The notes beneath the pieces are model-generated. The model was not told where the DNA came from. It saw only the letters and a list, made by a program, of their open reading frames with translations, and did not search any database. A stretch of 64,000 nucleotides of DNA from Lingula anatina (taxonomy: Eukaryota; Animalia; Brachiopoda): positions 46,568,401 to 46,632,400 of the forward strand of contig CM120641.1 of assembly GCA_051362555.1 (NCBI GenBank), in the 5' to 3' direction. Positions 51,241-64,000 of the stretch are shown one piece after another; position 1 is the stretch's first letter, and every line of letters begins with the position of its first letter. The position numbers and the translations under genes were made by a program.

Positions 51241-52249
51241 AATAGCACACTTATGAGGGGACTTTGAAGAAAAGAGACAGAGATAAATTAAATCAAAATT
51301 TATCAAATGACGTCAGTTCAATGCATTCAGCTCACTGATCAATAAAAAATGAATAAATAGAAAATAAAAATTGAAAATGAAAGTACCATATCTGGCCCAA
51401 GTCTGGGCAGCATCTGGCAAAATGTGGCATAAATGCCAGACTTTGCCAGACTTGGCCCAGATCTGGCAAGTGTCTGGCAAAATGTGGCATAAATGCCAGA
51501 CTTTGCCAGACTTGGCCCAGATCTGGCAAGTGTCTGGCAAAATCTGGCCCAGATATTGCCAGACGTTGCCAGATCTGGGCCAGACATGGGCCAGATCACT
51601 GAGGCTGTCTGGGATACTAGTTCGCAAACAACAACTGTCAAATAAGTCAAACAAGGCAGCAGAGCTGTCAAATTTGTACACAACAAGAAAGAAAAATAAT
51701 CCAATCAAGCTAGTTTGCCAATTTAACCTGTATGTCAATCATTCTAGTAAGTTAAAATATAATAAGTAACAGTTTTCCTTTTGGAGAATTTGTAGTGGCT
51801 GTATACAAAATATTTTTTTATCAGCGTTAATGCAATGTTACATTATGCTGAACAGCTTATAATAACCATCAATTTTAAATTATACACTGCAGGTATCATG
51901 GATATTTAGAAAATGTGACCAGCAAAGGTTTTCAGGCTCATGGAAATTCAAAGACACACCTTAAAAATGCCAATATGTACACAATTAAGTAATCTGCTAT
52001 TTTCATTTTCAACACTTATTACATAATACACAATAACCAATTTACATTTATTTTTAAATAATCAACTAAAAAATTGTTAAGATGGAAAAAATATCAATAG
52101 TACAATTTTAAATGTCCAATTTGCTCCATTCTGAGATTCTGAACATAGTGAGGAATTGATTCTGATAAACTGCACTGATCTGAGTTTATTTCTATTTTGA
52201 CACTTTATTACACAATACATGATAACAGATTTACCATTAATGTATTTTA

Positions 52250-53436
52250 GGCTACACTTTTTTATTTTTATGGATGACATCCTGCGCGCGCACCGATTTT
52301 CGTACGTTCTCCAAAAAAAAAAAAAAAAAAAAACCACCCCTCCCCCCCCCACCCCCCCATCGAAGTCGGTTGTCGCAAACGTCGTTATTGAATTTGCCAG
52401 AAAATGTGCTTTCTGCGCATGCGTATTACTGCCACGTGGAAATATGGCCGCTTTGCCATCAAATTCATCTCTAGGATTACTTTCAAATTACAGGACAATT
52501 AATTATATAAAGTCATAAAGAGAACGGGGCCGTCGTTTTGGATTGTTATGCCATTGATATTGGGCATGGAGATATCCACTTTTTTACAATTATGCGAAAG
52601 GCAGGCGGCAGCCAGCAATTATCGCCCGGAAAATTTCAGTGATATTCTGTCCAAAGCAACACATACCAGGTTTTTTTTTTTTTTTTTTTGTAGCGAAAAA
52701 AAGGGTCGAAAGGGCGTCGAGGTATTTGGTGGGCTGTAGGTCGGTCAGGCCACCCGACAGTTTGGCTGCTTCATGTGAGTCGAAGTAGACCAAATGGCAT
52801 CGACCGAAATGACCTTTTTTTAGAATTGGTAGTATTAAGCATATCTTTGCATCATTTTTTAACATTTCTGTGTAGTGTTCATAATGCTTTAATATTCTGA
52901 GAATACAAATAAAGACATGCTGTTTGTTTGATATTTGTTTTATTGATTGTTATACCTACAAAATGCATGAAATAACCTTAAATACCGGTAGATTGGGTAA
53001 TATGCAGCATGTCTATCAGGCCCGTAGCCAGCAACTTCAAAAGGGGGGGTTCTTTTTTTTTTTTTTTTTTGAAAAAATGTGGACCATTTTCCATAAAAAC
53101 TTAATGTATCTAGATCAAATTTTACCCAGAGTGGACCTTTTCCCAGCAAAAGGGGTGGTTCTTTCGAACCCCCTGGCTACGGGCCCGTCTATTCATGACT
53201 TTTTTTACCTTTCTACGAAGTATTCACAATGCTTTAATATTTTGAGAGCATGGATAAAGACATATTGTTAGTTTGATACGTGTTTCTGTGGTAAATTTGT
53301 GTTTCCAGCTGTGTACTGACAGCATTCCTTTACTTAAGCAGCATTTTTTTTTACTGTTTTTTTTTTTTTTTCGCCCTCTCGCACCGATTTCGGGGTCCCC
53401 AGAGGATGTCATCCATAAAAATTAAAAAGTGTGGCC
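52250..53436. mobile_element. Non-autonomous PIF/Harbinger-like element
   Basis: TIR of about 35 bp, GGCTACACTTTTTTATTTTTATGGATGACATCCT versus AGGATGTCATCCATAAAAATTAAAAAGTGTGGCC; TTA TSD on both sides. Confidence 0.8.
53017..53187. mobile_element. hAT-like MITE with 5-bp TSD, nested in the Harbinger-like element
   Basis: CAGGCCCGTAGCCAG...CTGGCTACGGGCCCG (14/15 TIR); TSD TCTAT/TCTAT. Confidence 0.8.
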
Positions 53437-53647
53437 TTATGGATATTCACTGTTCTGTAAGCTTTGAAGACAAAAGGTAAAAAAATTATCACTTTATTTG
53501 TATACGGGTCAAGTTTGAAAATCAGCCTGATCAGACCATTTTTCCAAAAGTAATACTTTTTTCAATTTTATTTATTTATTTATTTATTTTTGCTTTTTTC
53601 AGCATACTTTATCCTCCATTATACAAATAAATGATAACGAAAATGAA

Positions 53648-53865
53648 AAGTTTGCAGCTATATTGCAGTAAAATTGCAGCAATATTGCTGCAAAATTAAA
53701 ATTTGCAGCAACGAGTTTGCAGGAGTTTGCAAGAAAAATTTTATTGCTACTAATTTGCAGCCATATTGCAGCAAATTTGCTGCAAATATGCAAGAAGAAA
53801 TTTCAGCAGCATAATTGCAGCTAATTTGCTGCGAACTTGCAGCAGGCTTGATTTTTTGCTAAGGG
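53648..53865. mobile_element. Solo end of a CMC/EnSpm-like element
   Basis: Dense TTGCAGCAA/TTGCTGCAA subterminal motifs ending ...TTTTTTGCTAAGGG (reverse complement CCCTTAGCAAAAAA). No partner end found. Confidence 0.5.
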
Positions 53866-55139
53866 AACATATGAATATTCATCAGTTTTGTAAATTCGAA
53901 GACAAAAGGTAAGGGTTATCATTTTATTTGTATAATGGTGGATAAAATATGCTGAAAAAGCAATAAAATTTGATAATGAGCACTGCATGTACATATACAC
54001 GTGTAGTAGCATGTTCAGTAATGGTCAGGAGTTGAACCTTCATGCATAACAATATTACCTCTATATGTAATTGGTATGGTTCCTTCAAGACACAACAGCT
54101 CTTTTCTGTTTCCATCATTAAAGACTACAAAAAGATAAAATAAATAAAAAAATTGTAGCATGAACATACATAAATACTCCCTCTGGGAAACTGGCTAAGA
54201 GATGAAGTCAACACTTTAAGTTCATATTTTTTACAAAAAGTTAAATACCAGTCTTAAAAATCCTTACCAAAACTATCAATATTAGGTCTCAAATCCTTGA
54301 AATTTGAGAATGCTTGCAAAATGTCCCTTTTGGCTAGGTCTGGATACTGGTACTAGAACAAAAAAAATATAATACCACAATTATGTGCATTTATTTGTAT
54401 CTGATACATTCTAATACAACAAATATGGGTCATATACGACCATACATATCACATACGACAAAGAACTGACTTTAGTCAATAATGCTAAAAGCTACAGCCA
54501 TTCCACAATATTTCTTCTATTTGCAAATCTTTAAAACAGCCATAACAAATGCTCAAGAGAGCAAAAGTGATATGTAGAAAACAAATTATTTAAAATAAAG
54601 TATAAAATAACATGTAATATAAACCTGGGTATATCATGTGATGTTTTAACACCTCTTGTGGAATCCTGCACCAATTCCATAATGTGTTATCATAGTTAGT
54701 TAACATGTAATTATCTAATTTGCTTCTGTCCTGCATACATAATTGCTATTCTCTGTAGAGGCCTATAGGTATGCCTGAGACAGATGCATATGATCCATTA
54801 ATATTGCACATTATTGTGTAAATAAGAAGCAGCCACTGGCACGCATAGATTACCTGTAGATAATGTGTATAAATTCTGAATTTTTGTACATAATAAAAAC
54901 ACTTTCGATTTGGAACTGAAGATATGAGGTTGTTCTGTTATGCTTATAATTCTCTGTGCACGTAAATTAAAGTGAAAGGCACAGTCGGATCTGGAGTCAT
55001 GTTGGAGCCCTTAGATTAGTTAATTCGTTAATGGAAATTGTTACACTGAATTTCAGTAAAATTATTAAATTAAGTGAAAGTCATTTTGGACGGTTCACAA
55101 CACTCTGAACTTTCATGAGGTACAAATATATATACTAAC

Positions 55140-55190
55140 CTTGGAAAGAGCATGCCTGAGATAAGCATCGCGTCCCTGCGATCCTGCCAT
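55140..55190 (-). CDS. Putative first coding exon of the RhoGEF (MAGSQGRDAYLRHALSK)
   Basis: ATG plus 16 codons, then AAG|GTTAGT donor in phase 0, matching the phase-0 acceptor TTTCAG|GCA at 16972. It lies in a CpG-richer region next to the ICA1 start. The implied 38-kb intron is inference. Confidence 0.55.
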
Positions 55191-55576
55191 TTCTGAAGTA
55201 CGACCTGCTAAATGTAAGAACTTTGCTTAAAATTATGTGTCAAACACCGTCAACGTTTCTATGTGAATCAATTGCGTCGCCAAGAATTGAGATCTAGCTA
55301 TTTTTAAAAATGACGAATCCTTCATGGCAGTGACAAAGTTCAATTTCCCTCTGTGTAGACTGGACAAGATTTAAAAATATGACGAATGTACATACGCATG
55401 TCAAAAAGAGAATACAACCGAAAAACTCACCAAACAAATGAATTGGATGGAATAAAATGAATAACAAACTCAACAATCTTCCACACTACTTTCGCTTTCG
55501 CTCTGACCCTTCGCATGTATTACAATGAGAAGACATCATTGGTCAAAAATAATTGACACGAAGTAATAAAAATAAC

Positions 55577-55580
<4 letters not shown>
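55191..55580. promoter_or_regulatory. Putative bidirectional promoter between the RhoGEF and ICA1
   Basis: About 390 bp between divergent first exons. Two TGACG half-sites in a repeated TTTAAAAA(TA)TGACGAAT context, ATTGG (CCAAT) boxes and a YY1-like AACATGGCG at 55574. Confidence 0.45.
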
Positions 55581-62056
<6,476 letters not shown>

Positions 62057-62393
62057 GTAGGTGGTAAAGAAATGAATAGTAATGTTTATTTAGTGTGCAT
62101 TTTTTTCATTGTTGTATCGTAATGCTTAAAATAAATCCCAGGACCTGTAATGTATGGCTTCTGTTTTAAACTGGTTTAGTTAATTCGCATGTATGTGATG
62201 TTTTGCAAATTGAATGAAATAACTTGCTGCTGCATGTTAATGAGAAGAAGCACCAAATGTCTTATACTGGTTTTGATTATATTTTTCATTGAACAGATGA
62301 TTTAATCTTTTATATGTTAAAGTTACATGCTTTGTTAATTATTTGGAAGTTCAAGTTGATTTCAGGAATTTGCTTGTTAAAAGTGGTGGACAA

Positions 62394-63842
62394 TATTATT
62401 AGTACCACCAGCTCCGCCGGCTCCTGCGGCTCCGCAGTCGGGCGCCGGAAACAAGTCACCGTTACCGCTTCTCCTCCTAGACCGCCAGGACCTGTGTCCC
62501 CATCTCTTGGATTTAGGTCACATATAATCTCAACTTGAACACCCTGTTTTTTTTATCTCTGTCGGTGCATTGGCCTGGGCGTGACACTTGTTGAAACGCA
62601 CCCTTGTCAAAATTTTTGAAAATTCAAGGCTAAATATCTCCCAAACCAAAGGAATTATGGGAAAAATTACTACAGAAGTCTGACCGAAACTCATATGTGG
62701 AGATTCCAAATATGCCCTTGGATTTGACTTTTGACCTTTTTTTCAAGGTCAAACAAGCCAAAATTTTCTAAAAAATGGGAATTTTCTGCTATTTTTTTGA
62801 AACTACACAGATCTAAGCTCTCCTGTTACAGTGAGGGGTTACAATTGGGGACTCCTTTCATCTTTGGGAGTTTGGGGTCAATCGGTGCATTTTCACGGGA
62901 GAAGCAGCCATTAGATCCCGAAACTGAAAACTTGTTTTTATTCTGGAATGGTAAATGCCAGAAACCTTTTGTTCATCGCATTCTGTAGAACTTGTCAAGT
63001 GCAATACTGGAGGTGGTGTCCATTTTTTTGTTTTCGATATGGTTTAGGCATTGCGCTATATCAAAAATTACAACATTGCAATATTCAGTGGGGAAAATGA
63101 TAAATATTCCAAAATTAGCAGAGATATGCCCATAGTTACTATTGAACTTGAGTAAGAAGTCATATACTGGTAATCTAACTGTGACCTTGAAATTGACCTT
63201 TGACCTACATTTCATGATGAACTGCACTTTGAAGTTTTCTGATCTTTATATCTCCAAAACTGGCAAAGATACGCCCATAGTTACTATTGAACTTGAATAG
63301 GAAGTTATATACTGTTAATCTAACTGTGACCTTTAAATTGACATTTGACCTACTTTTCACCATGAACTGAACTTTGCAAATTTTCCAGCCCTTATATCTC
63401 CAAAACTGGCAGAGATACACCCATAGTTACTGTTAAACATGAATAGGAAGTCATATACTGGCATTCTTATTGTGACCTTGAAATTGACCTTTGACCTACT
63501 TTTCAACATGAACTGAACTTTGCAAATTTTCTATCCCTTATATCTCGAAAACTGGCAGAGATAGGTCCAAAGTTACTATTGAACTTGAATAGAAAGTCAT
63601 AAACTGGCAATCTTACTGTGACCTTGAAATTGACCTACTATTTATGTTGAACTGCACTTTGCATGTTTCCTGGCCTTCATATCTCCAACATTGGTAAAGA
63701 AATGCCCATAGCTACTATTGAACCTTTATAGGAAGTCATATACTGTGGCCTTGAAATTGACCTTTGACCTACCTTTTTACCACAAACTGAACTCTGTATA
63801 TTTTCGTGCCCTTCATATCTTCAAAACTAGCAGAGATCTGCT
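62394..63842. mobile_element. Helentron/HINE-like non-autonomous element with an internal about 146-bp tandem array
   Basis: T-rich start and GC hairpin (CCGGC..CTGCGG/CCGCAG..GCCGG, 62417-62448). About 5 units starting 63128, 63273, 63419, 63565 and 63704, rich in GTGACCTTGAAATTGACCTTTGACC. The superfamily assignment is inference. Confidence 0.55.
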
Positions 63843-64000
63843 CAGTGTTGTCCCTAGGTTTTCTCTTTTGTCAGCATACCGGTATATGCAATACTGATAA
63901 TGCATTTCAAGGAAAACCAATAGGCCTATTGTCTAGAAAATCACAGGAGTGATCAGTGTTAGGAAAATATAGGTCAATTTGAACATCTCCTTGATTGGAC
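63843..64000. mobile_element. Probable left end of another hAT-like element, truncated by the window edge
   Basis: CAGTGTTGTCCCTAGG abruptly interrupts a 146-bp repeat unit and shares CAGTGTT with the hAT TIR. The other end is not visible. Confidence 0.35.

Larger units (their letters stand above)
45965..51613 (-). mobile_element. Non-autonomous CMC/EnSpm element, copy 2, inverted relative to copy 1 and interrupted by hAT copy B
   Basis: Same TIR CCCAGACAGCCTCAGTGATCTGGCCC; TSD AT/AT. The interior is the reverse complement of 35446-38280 with private indels. Confidence 0.9.

Noticed and set aside
35446-51613. A single 16-kb element (Polinton or foldback) with long TIRs
   Set aside because: The outer flanks differ (TT vs AT), each arm is a complete element with its own TSD, and no polymerase, integrase or capsid ORFs are present.

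Overview
This is AT-rich animal genomic DNA with GT-AG introns; the repeat content suggests a lophotrochozoan such as a mollusc (inference). No bacterial-type features, RNA genes or CRISPR arrays were found. Three host genes are present. (1) The 3' end of a C2H2 zinc-finger gene (1-643, +). (2) A large minus-strand Dbl-family RhoGEF (DH plus PH-like; 16 phase-consistent exons at 2211-16972, including a 3.7-kb low-complexity exon), whose likely first coding exon is at 55140-55190. (3) ICA1/ICA69 (+, from about 55577 to beyond the window), head-to-head with the RhoGEF. The RhoGEF introns are packed with nested transposons. These are a decayed Kolobok-like TTAA element (2639-6484), a CCCAG-ended EnSpm/CMC element (17112-20475) with a palindromic Tourist MITE inside it, a 5'-truncated RTE LINE, and a four-layer nest (71-bp minisatellite > TTAA element > EnSpm element > Gypsy LTR remnant). 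A second, inverted copy of that EnSpm element and a HECT-like pseudogene also lie here. The most striking feature is two apparently identical, intact 3,218-bp hAT elements, each with its own 5-bp TSD (hAT5-type), encoding a spliced 639-aa transposase. All identities were judged by eye and from the ORF track; no alignments or searches were run.
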